Shown here: positions 1-12,629 of the stretch, one piece after another
How the letters are laid out: the number at the start of each line of letters is the position of its first letter
Numbering within the stretch: the stretch's first letter is position 1
DNA from: Chiloscyllium plagiosum
Lineage: Eukaryota
NCBI RefSeq assembly: GCF_004010195.1
Contig: NC_057718.1
Coordinates: 100,837,637-100,901,636, forward strand
Length of the DNA stretch: 64,000 nt
Direction: 5' to 3'
Notes under the pieces: model-generated
Seen by the model: only the letters and a program-made list of their open reading frames with translations
The model's database searches: none
Told to the model about the DNA's origin: nothing
Translations under genes and position numbers: made by a program

Positions 1-149
1 AAAGACTAATTGATTGATTCAAGATGGTGCTGACACGAGGCGATTACTTGTGACTTCCCTATTCTAATATTTCTCATAACCATTCCATACGTATAAGCAT
101 CAATTCTAAGTCTGTAAAAATTGCTCACTACAGTCTGCCTGTACTGAGT

Positions 150-472
150 CAGAGAGCCATAAAGATGTACAGCGCTGAAACAAACCCTTCGGTCCAACTG
201 GTCCATGCTGAGCAGATATCCTAAACTAATCTAGTCCTATTTGCCAGCATTTGATCCATATCCCTCTCAACCCTTCCTATTCATATACCCATCCAGATGC
301 CTCTTAAATGTTGTAATTGTACCAGCCTCCACAACTTCCACTGGCAGCTCATTCCATACATGCACGACCCTCTGAGTGAAAAAGTTACCCCTTAGGTTCC
401 TTTTCAATTCCTCTCACCCTAAACTTATGCCTTTAGTTCTGGATTCCTCTACCCCTGGGAAAAGACTTTGTG
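150..472 (-). mobile_element. CR1-clade LINE 3' fragment
   Basis: Near-identical to the 3' ends at 38627, 47323 and 57106; reverse strand encodes the ORF2 end (WNELPVEVVEAGTITTFKRHLDGYMNRKG) plus 3' UTR. Confidence 0.9.
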
Positions 473-525
473 CTGCTCACAAAGTAAAGATTTTTGCTGT
501 ATTTAGATAGATGTGACGACAATAA

Positions 526-739
526 AGAGAAAGTGAGGACTGCAGATGCTGGAGATCAGAGCTGAAAATGTGTTGCTGGAAAAGCACAGCAGGTCAGGCA
601 GCATCCAAGGAGCAGGTGAATCGACGTTTCGGGCATGAGCCCTTCTTCAGGAATGAAGGGCTCATGCCCAAAACGTCGATTCTCCTGCTCCTTGGATGCT
701 GCCTGACCTGCTGCGCTTTTCCAGCAACACATTTTCAGC
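526..739. mobile_element. PLE-derived inverted-repeat element, family 1, with hammerhead core
   Basis: ~90-bp arms in inverted orientation; TSD tgtgacgacaataa (512-525) / tgtgatgacaataa (740-753); minus strand reads CTGAAGA AGGGC tcat GCCC GAAACGTC. Confidence 0.85.
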
Positions 740-837
740 TGTGATGACAATAAGTCAAATCAAATTGTACCTCATTGAACAAGGCACAATTTTATCTGGG
801 ACTCAAGAATTTCAACAGCACAATCTGAAACCAAACT

Positions 838-1190
838 GGGAGGCATGGTGGCTCAATGGTTAGCACAGCTGCCTTACAGCGCCAGAGACCCGGGTTCAAT
901 TCTACCCTCTGGTGACTGTGTGGAGTTTGCACATTCTCCCCGTGTCTGTGTGGGTTTCCTCCGGGGGATCCTGTTTCCTCCCACAATCCAAAGATGTGCA
1001 GGTTAGTGAATTGGCCATGTTAGATTGCCCCATAGTGTTCAGGGATGTGCAAGTCAGGTGCATTAGTCAGGCCAAGTATAAAGTGATAAGGTGGAGAAAT
1101 GGGTCTGGGTGGGTTGCTCTTCGGAGGGTCGGTATGGACTTGTTGGACCTAATGGCCTGTTTCCACACTGTAGGGATTCTATGTCTATGT
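838..1190 (+). mobile_element. Full-length tRNA-derived V-SINE (HE1-like)
   Basis: A box (tggctcaatgg), B box (ggttcaattc), V-domain core gtgggtttcctccggg...tttcctcccaca, CR1-type tail ggcctgtttccacactgtagggattctatg. Confidence 0.88.
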
Positions 1191-1782
1191 GAATGACAGA
1201 CCAGGACCCCTCAATTTCTGTGTTAATCTGCATTTGCACTAAATCCTAAAGTTTCTGTCTGAGGGTTAACTATGACAAACCAACTTTTTAAGTTAATTTA
1301 AACAACTGATGTATAAATTGGAATCAAATACTGATATTATTGATCACTGTTAATTGCCTAGAGGAATCAGACTATTATCTGCAATTTTAAAGCAAAACAT
1401 AGTTTTTTTTTGTCTTTGTTTGTTTTCCTGTTCTTCTAAAGATGCTAATGCACTCATCCTCTGGATGTAGCACTATTACTCAGTTAGACAGCTATGGTTT
1501 GAAGCCATTCTCCAGGACTTGAATCCTTGACGTGATGACCAGATCATTTATCTTATTGCTATTTGAATGCACACCTGGAATAAAATCCAATACCTCACAC
1601 TGAAAAGGACAGTAGCCCTCCAGACAGGATGACTAATTCATTGTGTTTTTGTGTTGCTGCTACCACTGCAGGCACCTCATCCTGCATCTCATCCTCTTCC
1701 CCCATAACTTGGTCACATTGTTGTCATAATGTAGGAATGGAAATATTCACTGGACCCTCTAATACATGCTGAGTATTTATTT

Positions 1783-2601
1783 GGGAAGGCCAAGTGGTAT
1801 TATCGTTAGACTATTAATTCAGAGACCCAGATAATGTTCTGGGGAGCCAGGTTAAAATCCCACCATTACAGATGTTGGAATTTGAATTCAATATTTTTTT
1901 AAGATCTGCAATTAAGAATCTAGTGATGAATATGAAACCATTGTCGATTGTTGGAAAAACCCAATATTATCCTTCAGGGGAGGAAATTAGATTAGATTAG
2001 ATTAGATTACTTACAGTGTGGAAACAGGCCCTTCGGGCCAACAAGTCCACACCGACCCGCCGAAGCGCAACCCACCCATACCCCGACATTTACCCCTTAT
2101 TTAACACTATGGCCAATTCACATAACCAGCACATCTTTGGACTGTGGGAGGAAACCGGAGCACCCGGAGGAAACCCACGCCGACACGGGGAGAACATGCA
2201 AACTCCGTGCCATCCTCACCTGGTCTGGCCTACATGTGACTCCAGACCGACAGCGATGTATGGTTGACTCTCAACTGCCCTTTGAAATGGTCTAGCAAAC
2301 CATTCAGTTGTACCAGTCGCGACAAAGAAATGAAACCGCAAGAATCACCAGGCATGACCTCAGCACCACAAAAGACAAGGGGAGGTAACAACCCTGTTGA
2401 CCTGCAAAGTCCTCCTTGCTCTGGGTCAAAATCCTGGAAATCCCTCCCTAATGGCATTGTTGGTCAACTCACAGCAGGTGGATTGCAGCGTTTTCATGAA
2501 AGCAGCTCACCCCCTCCTTCTCAAGGGGCAACGAAAGGCGGGCAATAAATGCTGGGCCCAGCCAGCAACACCCACGTCCCAAAAAAATGAATAAATAAAA
2601 A
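1783..2601 (+). mobile_element. tRNA-headed SacSINE-like element with extended LINE-derived 3' part, split by an HE1 insertion
   Basis: Head and body match 23618-23940 and 42700-43050; body resumes at 2207 after the HE1 insert; 2420-2600 matches the LINE 3' end at 29878-30035. Confidence 0.75.
1987..2206 (-). mobile_element. 5'-truncated HE1-like SINE nested in a SacSINE-like element
   Basis: (gatta)n tail, cagtgtggaaacaggcccttcgg, V-domain reverse complement. Confidence 0.85.
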
Positions 2602-2676
2602 GGTCACCTTGAGTCTTGAATGGTGATATTGCAGGAGAACATCAGTTATCAACGTAACCTCAATTATGCTGATCAT

Positions 2677-2870
2677 TAACTCAGTTGGCTGGACGGCTGG
2701 TTTGCAATGCAGAATGATGCCAGCAGCAAGGGTTCAATTCCTGCACTGGTTGAGGTTACCATGAAGGTCTCTTCATATCAACCTCTCTCCTCGCCTGAGG
2801 CATGGTGACCCTCAGGTTAAACCAACACCTGCGCTATGGTCTGGCAGGACTACGGTGAGTTTTCCTTTAC
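2677..2870 (+). mobile_element. Third tRNA-derived SINE family ('SINE-3' here)
   Basis: ctcagttggctgga...ggttcaattcc...tgaggttaccatgaagg...ggtgaccctcaggttaaacca; recurs at 38530, 59025, 61810 and reversed at 26305-27060 and 63585. Confidence 0.7.
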
Positions 2871-3654
2871 TTATAGAAGCTGTTGTATCTTGATGAATTC
2901 TGTCTCTTTTGAAGGAAGAAGTACTGCAACATAAAAATAACCTGTGCCAAATATTTTGACCTGATTGTTTGAGAGACCGAATAATTGAAAGCTTAAAATG
3001 AAGGTTAAGAAGTGAGAGTCTGGAAACATCATACTAACAAATCTCAATCTCCAATGTAAATTTTATTGTGCTGCATTTTCTATCAGGCTGACTGCAAGTT
3101 TGTTTTGCAATTCACTGATACCATTGACTGATGTCGGAATGTACAGTGCTGTAACTAATAAAGTGGAAAGAACTTTATTCTGTAATTACAAACATGACAG
3201 GCTTTTAAAAATAAAGAAAATGCAATTAATTCAGCTTGTGCTGGTTGAGAGGTTAAATTCAGGCAATGTTTGATTAGAGATGGAGAGAGAAACGACTGGA
3301 AATCTGTTGTTCGGCACTTACCAGACTTAGCCTGAATGCTGTCTGGCTCCAGCTGTGATTGATGATAAGCATTGGCTTTCAGCCTGACAATGTCTTGATT
3401 TTAACAATTGTCATTCTTGTTTTAACATCCCTTTTTAGCCTCCATCTCATCTCTCTTTCATCCCTCGTGCTCTCTCTCTCTTTCCCCCCCACCCCCTCTC
3501 TTTCCTCCTACTACAACATCACCTATTGACCCACAGTATAGTCTCTCAGTCCCCCAATCTCTCTCTCTCTCTCTCTTTCTAATCCCCTATAGCCCTACAG
3601 ACCCTAGAAATCTCTGAGGTCCTCCAAGTCTGGCCTCATGCTCATCCCCAATTC

Positions 3655-4160
3655 AATATTCACTCCCTCCACCACCAACCTTTAGTAGCAGCAGTGTATA
3701 CGATCTACAAAGTACACTGCAGCAACTCAGCAAAGCTGCCTAGACATCACCTTCCAGACCCATGGCCTCTACAACTTTGAAGGTCAAGGGGAGCAGCTGC
3801 ATTCCCTCTAATATTTCCTGTGGCTTCACAGACCTCCAAGGTCTGAGTGTAGTTTCTATTGAACTGGAAGTCAGTGTGCCAATACTCTAACTGGGGTACA
3901 TTGACCCTCTGACTATGCAGCTTAGCGGGAGCATTGGGCAGCAGATACCTGGGACAACAACACCACCTACAAAGCCACACGCCATCCTGACTTGGAACCA
4001 TTCAACCGTTCATTCATTGGTGCTGGATTAAAGATTCTAGAAATCTCTCCGTAATAGCACTGTGGGTTTCCCAACACCACAAAGACTGAGGAAGGCTGCT
4101 CACCACCACCTGCTTCAGGGCAGTTGAGGATGGGCAATAATTACTGACCCAGCCAGTGAC
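3655..4160 (+). mobile_element. CR1/L2-group LINE ORF2 C-terminus and 3' tail (second LINE family)
   Basis: Matches 29560-30035 (VAAVYTIYKVHCSNS...); ends gggcaataa...ccagtgacacccacatcccatga. Confidence 0.75.
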
Positions 4161-4272
4161 ACCCACATCCCATGAGCACAGAAGACTAAAATCTGTTGAA
4201 TTGTGTGATCTTGGATTGACACAACAGACTGCTGGGTGAGCTGATGTTTACAGAGGGTGCAAGGTGGCAGTT

Positions 4273-4590
4273 TGATTAGATTAGATTCCCTACAGTGTGG
4301 AAGCAGGCCCTTCGGCCCAACTAGTCCACACTGACCCTCTGAAGAGTAACTCACCCAGACCCATTTTCCTCTGACTAATGCACCTAACGCTATGGGCAAT
4401 TTAGCATGGCCAATTCATCTGGCCTGCACATCTCTGGACTGTGGGAGGAAACCGGAGCACCCGGAGGAAACCCACGCAGATATGGGGGGAATGTGCATAC
4501 TCCACACAGTCAGTCGCCCGAGGCTGGAATCAAACCTGGCACCCTGGTGTTGTGAGGCAGCAGTGCTAACCACTGAGCCACCGTGCTGCC
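4273..4590 (-). mobile_element. HE1-like V-SINE
   Basis: Reverse complement of 838-1190 with (gatta)n tail. Confidence 0.88.
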
Positions 4591-4706
4591 CAGAGAGAAA
4601 TGGAGTATTCGAATTGAGAGGAAACAAAGGCACAAATGAGAATTTCAGCATCTGATGAACTGTGACAAGTCACCAGGATTAGTTAGTGCCATCACATTAA
4701 CGTAGA

Positions 4707-4957
4707 GATTTAAAATAGATATATGGGGCAAATCTTTTACACAGAGGGTGGTTCGCATATGGAATGCATTTCCTGAGGGAGTGGTGGGTGTGGGGATAAT
4801 TGCAATGTTTAAAAGACATTTGGATAAATACATGAATAGGAAAGGTTTGGAGGGATATGGGCTGGGAGCAGGCAGGTGGGACTAGTTTAGTTTGGGATTA
4901 TGGTTGGCGTGGACTGGTTGGACCTAAGGGTCTGTTTCCATGCTGTATGACTCTATG
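4707..4957 (+). mobile_element. CR1 LINE 3' fragment
   Basis: FTQRVVRIWNAFPEGVV...FKRHLDKYMNRKG then ctgtatgactctatg terminus. Confidence 0.85.
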
Positions 4958-6404
4958 TGGGGCAAATTAATTGTCACTATTGATGGAAAGGTGGTCCATG
5001 TCCCAAAGTGTACAGCTACACACAATAAAGCTCAGATAGAAGCCAGAGGTGTTTCCTTGAACACTTCATTTTCCTTGAAGTTACCCTTCCAGACTATTCT
5101 ATTTATCCCATTGAGAGGATTTGAAACATGGAACAGCTTTTTTTGACCGATGCATTGTTAGATTCTGCCTGTGCCACCTTATTGCTGTATTTATTATCTT
5201 GGAGACTACTGCAGTCTGCCGAAGTGCTGCCTTCCTTCAGGGCTCACATCGTTTAGCTTCATCGACACGGGAAGAGCAATACTTGGAGAGAATAAATTAA
5301 ATCAATAAAGCCTTGGCTTGCAAAATTATTTGTTAATTATATTAATAGTTTGGTCACTACAAGTGGTCAAAGGTGCATTACTTCGACAATGTTATTGAGG
5401 GCAAAGGTTACTTGTCTCCTCTGTGTATGAGGCATTCTGAGCTGGCTGGAGGGACTTCCCTCAGCTGGGGTGAGGAGGTTGGGAATGGACCTGCACAGAG
5501 TTGACAGGCAAGTTTTAATAAATTATTTCATGTATATTATGCTTTCTCATTGTTCCAGCTGGCTGCCCAAAGCTACTGACAGTGACAAAAGTGGCAAGAA
5601 ATGGGAACGGGCATGATTGGAATATTTTATCCCAGCACCTTGTTTCAATTCAGAGTCACTTGACGTTTTAGAAACTCAACGAGTTACAGATGTACAGCCG
5701 GACCTAGTTACTGCAGACTGCTCGATTCTGGTTCGATTAAGATAGCATCCCACTGGCAATCCATCCAGTACCAGTTATCAAACAGGCTGGAGGTTGTGAA
5801 ATTATAAAATAGTTTGCGTCTCAGCAGAAGGTTGGTATTTTCTTTCTCGTTGGAAATCTTAATTGCTGGCCCTTTTCCCATATATTAACATAATGAGACT
5901 GCATTGTTTTCATTCCAAGGCTAAGCAATCTTTTAATTGATGTTTAGCAGAGATCTGTGTGTGCACTTTCTGAAAAACAGCATGTTAATTTTTTTTTAGA
6001 AGAAGTATCCAAAGATGCCAAACCACCTCGTCACCCATTTAAAAATTCTGTTCCAGTACAGTATATAAAAATAAGTAATGAGCTTGATGTTTCAGTCGGC
6101 TTGATTTCAAATGCAAGTATGGTATTGAACACTGATGTCTAGAAGCTGGTGCCGATGGGATTTGTAAATTTCATTCTCTCGGCTAGATGTAATAAAGGCA
6201 GGTAAAAATGTACTCTCATTTCTGCCCTGCAAGCAAATCACAAGAGATGGTACGGCGTACAGAAAGTCAAATCCTGAATATTTATTTCAAAGTCACTTCA
6301 GATGAAACAGGGGCAGGGTGACACAATTAATGGTAGGGCCTTGTAGAGCAGAGAACCTAGGGGGTCAGGTACGTAATTCTTTGAAGTTTGTGACACAGGG
6401 TCAT

Positions 6405-6825
6405 TAAAATCTGGAATTAAGAGTCTAATGTTGATTGTTGGAAAAACTCATCTCGTTCGTTAATGTTCTTCAGGGAAGGAAATCTGCCATCCTTACCTGG
6501 TCTGGCCTACATGTGACTCCATGTGGTTGACTCTTAACTGACCTCTGGGCAAAGTGAGGACTGCAGATGCTGGAGATCAGAGTCGAAGAGTGTGGCGCTG
6601 GAAAAACACAGCCGGTCAGGCAGCATCCGAGGAGCAGGAGAATCAACGTTTCGGTCATAAGCCTGATGAAGGGCTTATGCCCAAAATGTCAACTCTCCTG
6701 CTCCTTGGATGCTGCCTGACTACCTATGCTTTTCCAGTGCCACACATTTTGACTCTGACCTCTAGATAATTAGGGATGGACAATAAATCCTGGCCCAGCC
6801 ACCACCGCCCACGTCCTGTGAATAA
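6405..6825 (+). mobile_element. SacSINE-like 3' part interrupted by a family-1 PLE hairpin element (~6550-6760)
   Basis: SINE body ends ...cctctgggcaa, then an inverted element with ctgatgaagggcttatgccc, then taattagggatggacaataaa resumes. Confidence 0.8.
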
Positions 6826-7159
6826 TTGGGGGAAAAAAGCCACAGAATTGCAAATTGGCAAATATTTTGCTTTTCCCAAACTATTTCTTGCTTCTCAACT
6901 TGTGCTATGTAATTAACCATTTTTTTATGATTACTTGTGATGAATCTCTCCTTTTAAATGTTTTTGTCTCTGTTACTGTCAATTTTAATTCTTGCACTCA
7001 TTGCATCGCTTACAAGTTGATTTATCTCCTGATACAGCCAATATGTAGAAAGACTCATCAACCAGACTTTTTATTTATTGTGTGGTGTTAGTACAATTCC
7101 TGCAGATGAATAACATACCTTATGTGATGAATGTTTACATTTATTTTAAAGTTCTAAAG

Positions 7160-7715
7160 AACTTTAGTTAGGCCACATTTGGAGTGTTGCGTACAGTTCT
7201 GGTCACCACACTGGCAGAAGGTTGTGGATGCTTTGGAGAGGGTACAGAAAGGGTTTACCAGGATGTTGCCTGGTATGGGGGAATTTAGCTCTGGAGAAAT
7301 TTGAAATTTGGGTTTGTTTTCACTGGAATGCAGGAGGTTGAGGGCCGACCTGATAGAAGTTTATAAGATTGTGAATGGCGTGGACAGAGTGGAAAATATG
7401 AGGCTTTTTCTCAGTGTGGGTCAATTACTAGGGGACACAGGTTCAAGGTGGGGGGGGGGGGGGGAGCAGGGGAGAGTTTAAAAGAGATGTGCGAGGCAGG
7501 TATTTCATACGAAGAGTGGGGAGTGCCTTGAACACACTGCCAGAGGAGGTGGTGGAAGCGGATACAATAGCAGCATTCAAGTATACCTGGATGAATAGGA
7601 AGAGAATAGAGGGATATGGATCCTGTAAGTGTAGACAGTTTTAGTACGGAAAGGCAAATTATCAGCATAGGCTTGGAAGGCCGAAGGGCCTGTCCCTGAG
7701 CTGCATTGTTCTTGG
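7160..7715 (+). mobile_element. CR1 LINE 3' fragment (variant subfamily)
   Basis: LVRPHLECCVQFWSP...LERVQKGFTRMLPG; frameshifted; opposite-strand relative at 58300-58985. Confidence 0.85.
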
Positions 7716-8572
7716 ATCTTTATTTGAAGCAGCTTCTGCACCATAATCTGGATATCCACTCCCTACTGCCCATTCCTCTTTTACCCTCGATCCTTCCTTT
7801 AACATGCTTCTTAAAACTACCTCTGTGATTGATCCCATCCACATCTTTTTGCCTTATGTAACTTCATATCAAATCTCGCAACATGACACTCCTGTGAAGT
7901 GCCTTGGGGAGATTGCATTATATTAACGATGCTGTGAAAATGCAAGTTGTTATTGCAGCCAGAAAACAATTTGTTTTTGACCTTGTTTTGTTTTAATCAA
8001 GAAAAACCTATTAAATGCTTCACATTATCATCAGTCATGCATGGCGCAGAATTCAAAAGCTATTTAGTTCATGTTTTGTATTTGTCATTTAACATTGTGA
8101 TTTCTTAAAACACTTATGGGATGTGGCCATCATTATAAAGGGCAAAGGATTTTTGTTTAGCCAATTCTTAAATTCCACTGTCATCCACATGGCCAACGTC
8201 TCCCTGCCATGCTGTGAGGAAAGGGAGCTCTAGAATTTTGGCAGTGATGGAATGGACATATAGTTCCAAGTCTAGGAGGGTGTGTGGTCTAGAGATGGCC
8301 TTGTAGGTATCGGTGCTCTTGTGGACTCCCTCCTCCCCACTACCCTTGTCCTTCAGGATGGAGAGATTTAGAAGGTGTGTCAATGGATAACCTATGATGA
8401 GTGGCTACAGTTGTTGATCGATAGTGCACACTTCTGCTTCCATGTTGGAGGAGGTGAATGGTCAGTGATTGTAGGATTATAATCCTTCTTTTAAAAAGTA
8501 AATACCATTAAGTCTGTGTTGAAAAGAAAATCTGACTGAACCTTTTCAGGAAGCTCACCTGGTTTTGAGATA

Positions 8573-8711
8573 TGGTGTCGAAGTACAGGTGTTGGTCCGG
8601 GGCGGAGAGTACAAGGTCAGAAATCACACGACACCAGGTTACAGTCCAACAGGTTTATTTGAAATCACAAGCTTTCAGAGCGCTGCTCCTTCGTCAGGTG
8701 AAGTGTAACTT
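8573..8711 (-). mobile_element. PLE-derived element, family 2, single arm
   Basis: aatcacacgacaccaggttacagtccaacaggttt...agctttcagagcgctgctccttcgtcaggtg; TSD ctggttttgagata / ctggttttgggata. Confidence 0.75.
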
Positions 8712-8864
8712 CTGGTTTTGGGATAATAAGTCATAAGTAATTTGATTTGTACTTTTCAGTTTAATAGGTGCCCTAATTTTTATGTCTGTTCAGCACTTTT
8801 TCCATCATCCTGATGCTTCTAAATGGAGTGATGATTATGTTCATCCATTAACTATAAGCAAATT

Positions 8865-9260
8865 AGGCTGGAGAAACTTAGCAGGTCAGGAAGCATCTGA
8901 GGAGAGAGAAACAGAGACAATCTTTGGGACTGGAGGGGTCTGGAAAATGATTTTTCTATGCCATTGACTAAGGGGGAGGAGGACCGATTGGAACAGACAG
9001 GGAGGGTGCCCAGAACAAAGACAAAGGGAGTGCCGATAGTGATAAATGAGAGATCTTGATGCAAAATAGGTGTTAATGGTAAGTGAGAATGGTTAAAAAT
9101 AGGTTGTCTTTGCTGAGAGCAAATAAGCCATCAGGAGGGGAAGGGAAGGGAGATGATCAAACTGGAGGACAATATTTATGTTCTGAAGTTGTTAGTTCCA
9201 TGTTGATTCCTGAAAGCTCTGAAGTGCTTAGGCAGAAAATGGGGTGCTGTTCCTGCAGCC
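8865..9260 (-). mobile_element. Penelope-like element 3' fragment (ORF end plus pLTR, family-3-like)
   Basis: Reverse of 9180-9255 reads EQHPIFCLSTSELSGINME, resembling the PLE GIY-YIG C-terminal EQHLIFRLGTLQPxGLN; followed by a pyrimidine tract and cagatgcttcctgacctgctaagtttctccagc. Confidence 0.6.
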
Positions 9261-9393
9261 ATTCATCCATTTGTTGGTTGTAGATTTGAGAACTACAGTA
9301 TAGGAAATGTGTAAATACCAGTTGTGATGGACCGAACGGTGTCCGTTTGCACTGTGACCATTCTGAACTTCAGCTTGATGGGTTTTAAGAACA

Positions 9394-9487
9394 AAGCTGA
9401 AACTTTATTGCTGGAACAGCACAGCAGGTCAGGCAGCATCTAGGGAACAGAAGATTCGACGTTTCGGGCACATGCCCTTCTTCAGGA
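9394..9487 (-). mobile_element. PLE family-1 single arm with intact hammerhead core
   Basis: Minus strand ctgaagaagggcatgtgcccgaaacgtcgaat; TSD ttttaagaaca at 9383 and 9488. Confidence 0.8.
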
Positions 9488-9767
9488 TTTTAAGAACAGC
9501 CAGAGACTGGAGCAAGTCTCGAACACAGTCTTCAAGTGCTGGGCCATAACTTTAGGATCCAGTTCATCTCTGCTGGTTAAGGTAAATTAAGTTATAGCTG
9601 CAAAATAAAGACTTCATGAAGCCTGAAATGAAGATTCATTTGAGAACCAGTTGGGTGCTGTAACAGGATGACAATAAGATTAGAATTTGGTGAATTGAGA
9701 TCAATTGGGTGATAGTACTTTGCTCGTTCTGAGGTGGTACGGTATGTAAACTTTGAACAGGCCTCTT

Positions 9768-9878
9768 ATGTTACAGTGGTATTGCCTCTGCCTCTGAGCT
9801 AGGAGACCCAGGTTCAAGTCCCACCTGCTCCGGAGTCATGTACCATCATGTCTCTGAGCAGGTTGATTAGAAAATATC
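9768..9878 (+). mobile_element. Short tRNA-like SINE ('SINE-4')
   Basis: cagtggta...ggttcaagtcccacctgctcc...caggttgattagaaaatatc; second copy at 17905-18205. Confidence 0.55.
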
Positions 9879-10631
9879 TGTAAAATTCTAGGAACTACCT
9901 TAACAGCAGGCATTAAATGCAAGTACAAAATTAAAATACTGTGGATGCTAGAAATTTGAAGTACGTGCAGAAAATTCTGGAACAAAAGCAGAAATTGCTG
10001 GAAAAGCTCAACAGGTCTAGAAGCATCCGTGGGGAGAAATTAGAGTTAATGTTTCAGGTTGAGTGAGTCTTCCTCAAAATTCTGGAAATGCTCAGGTATC
10101 ACCTGTGTAGGGGAGAACAGAGTTAATGACTCATTTTGGTCAAACCAGGACGAGAGTGAAAACTTCTTAATTCAAACACATTTGGGATCTCCCCCTGGTA
10201 TCTTCCCACTTGTTTTTGATGGCCAAATTATTGCTGCTTTCTGCTCTTAATTTATTAAAGACAATCACTGCACATCATGTTACGACCCATCTCACCATGC
10301 TACATCTGCATCGTTCCTCTTTACTTTCCCCATTTCTCGTAATTAGATTGTCAATACAATTGTACAATACACAGGAGGCTCTTCAGCCCATCAAGTCTGT
10401 ACTGCCCAAGCTATGCTAAATCTAAACAAGTCCCACTTTCCAGTGTTTGGCCCCAGAGCCTTGAATGTTATGATGTTTCAACATGGTCCTTCTGGCTGCA
10501 AGGTAGGGGCACTACCATAGGAACCCTAGGGTAATTAGATTTTGGGTAGATATTAGAGCAGCCTTGATTTTCATATGGAACACCTTCTGAGAATATTCAA
10601 ATCAGACACCTGCCTGTCAGATGAATCGATG

Positions 10632-11110
10632 AGGATCAGATACGTAGACGACACTTTTGTTATCATTAAGAGAATAGAAATCGAGAACACCACACCGGAT
10701 TATCAACACCATGCTCACAGGGATGAGATTTACGAGGGAGGAGGAAACCAACAATGAGCTCCCATTCCTGGATGTAATAGTACAAAGAACACAGAACGGT
10801 GATTGTACCTCAAAACTGTACAGGAAAGCCACACACACCGAGCAGGTCCTGAACTACAACAGCAAACACACAAGAGAAGCTGCATTAGGACCCTGTTCAA
10901 AAGGGCTACAACACACTGCAGCTCTCCCGACCTACCAAGGGAAGAAAAACACCACCTCCTACAGAGTCTTCACCCAGAACAGATGTCCCCACAACTCCAT
11001 CCACAGATGCCTAATGACGATGACACGCCCAACCGAACTCACAGCCACGCTACCTTAGATAAAAAACTGACAGCCTGATTTCTCTGACCACTTGGGTTCA
11101 TGATAGGCCA
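10632..11110 (+). mobile_element. Penelope-like retroelement reverse-transcriptase fragment (frameshifted)
   Basis: RYVDDTF RT motif, LPFLDV, YRKATHTEQVLNYNS, KRSCIRTLFKRATTHCS across three frames: typical PLE RT/thumb region. Confidence 0.85.
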
Positions 11111-11114
11111 TGTA

Positions 11115-11234
11115 GGAAACCCATGCAGACATGGGGAGAATGTGCAAACTCCACACAGACAATCGCTCGAGGGTGGAATCGAACCGAGATCCCTGGTGCT
11201 GTGCGGCAGCAGTGCTAACCACTGAGCCACCGTG
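11115..11234 (-). mobile_element. HE1-like SINE 5' head fragment
   Basis: cagtgctaaccactgagccaccgtg is the reverse of the tRNA-like head. Confidence 0.85.
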
Positions 11235-12016
11235 GTGGAAGAGTAAGTGAAATTAGAGATGGATGGATGGATAGTGGCACCCTGAGGTTCCTAGAGTTGA
11301 AAAGGCAGGAGATGCACACTGGTAAGTAAAGCTAATATATTTCCAGCCGTGAGACTTGGTGTTGATAAGGTGAGGTAATAAAGATAGAGTCAGGCAATGA
11401 GTCAGAGATGGAAGTAGTAAATTCCCATACGTTATCAACATAATGACAGAGTTTAAAATAAACCTCAGATTCATTGCAGCTAAATATTGGATTTCTCAGG
11501 ACCCATTATAAATATTTAAATACTGCACCATAATTTACTGCTGCATTGATGCACAATACCAGGGCAATACTTTGTCACAAACGCACAAAATTTTGGCAGA
11601 TCTGAATTCTGCCAGTAGAGGGTGCAGAGATTCCATTCACTTTAATTTCCACCTTTTGTATTCGGACTCGGTTCTGTGTGATGATGCATTACATTTTGTT
11701 TCAGCTGCTGAGTGCCTGTGAATTTTCCAACTTGATTTCTTTCTATCACCTGAGTTTCTTAAGAATGCTCCTTACAGCTTGCATTCCAGCTTCCTTTTCT
11801 TCTCCTCTCTCTTTTCTCTCCCCATTCTCTTTTTCTTCTATTTATTTCTTTGTGCCTTTTTCTTTCTCAGTGTATGTTTCTCCTTCCCTGTATCTCTCTT
11901 GCTGTCCCTTTTCCTCTCCCTTTCTTTTCCTCTATTTAGTTGTGTCTCTGTTCTTGCCTCTCATGAACCCTAGTAATTTGCCCTGTGTCATTCACAATGT
12001 ACACCATCGCAGTACC

Positions 12017-12390
12017 ACAGAATCCCTACAGTGTGGAAGCAAGCCATTTGGCCCATCGAGTCCACACCAACTCTCCAAAGACCATCCCACTCTATCTCTG
12101 TAACCCTGCTTTTACCATGAATAACCCATCATGATCATTTAGAAAGACCTTTCTCCTGAAAGAAGATGCATCTAATTTTGGGATCTCAGTAAATGCTCTG
12201 GACATTGAGGCAATTTAGCATGGCATCACCTGCACATCTTTGGACTGTAGGAGGAAACCAGAGTATCCGGAGGAAACCCACACAGACACTGGGAAGAATT
12301 GTGCAAATTCCCCATAGACAGTCACCCAAGGGTGGAATCAAACCCAGGTCCCTAGCGTTGTGAGGCAGCAGTGCTAACCACTGTGTCACC
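12017..12390 (-). mobile_element. HE1-like SINE carrying a 70-bp foreign insert
   Basis: Tail at 12017-12060, head at 12330-12390; 12132-12201 is not SINE sequence and matches 13454-13526. Confidence 0.8.
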
Positions 12391-12629
12391 CTTAAATTAG
12401 TCACACGTTATAACAAGAATTCACTTTAACAAGCAGCCAATTGGCCATTCATAATTTTTTTTAAAATGCTTATTAACAGTACACTCAATGTAACTGCAAT
12501 ATTTGACTCATGTATCTTACTTTCCTGATTGGTTACAATGCTTTCCAAGCAATTTCTATTGCACAGTTTCAGATAAGGCACTTATATTGCTACATAAAGG
12601 ATGATGCTATCTGCAGCTTTAAGAATTGA

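Noticed and set aside
556..750. Recurrent peptide CCWKSAAGQAASKEQENRRFGH as a small-protein family
   Set aside because: Translation of the non-coding PLE hairpin repeat; appears on both strands and frames are not conserved
838..910. tRNA gene
   Set aside because: A/B boxes belong to a SINE head continuing into the V-domain; no complete cloverleaf with terminator
11678..12103. Hydrophobic 141-aa membrane-protein ORF
   Set aside because: Derived from a CT-rich tract running into a SINE tail
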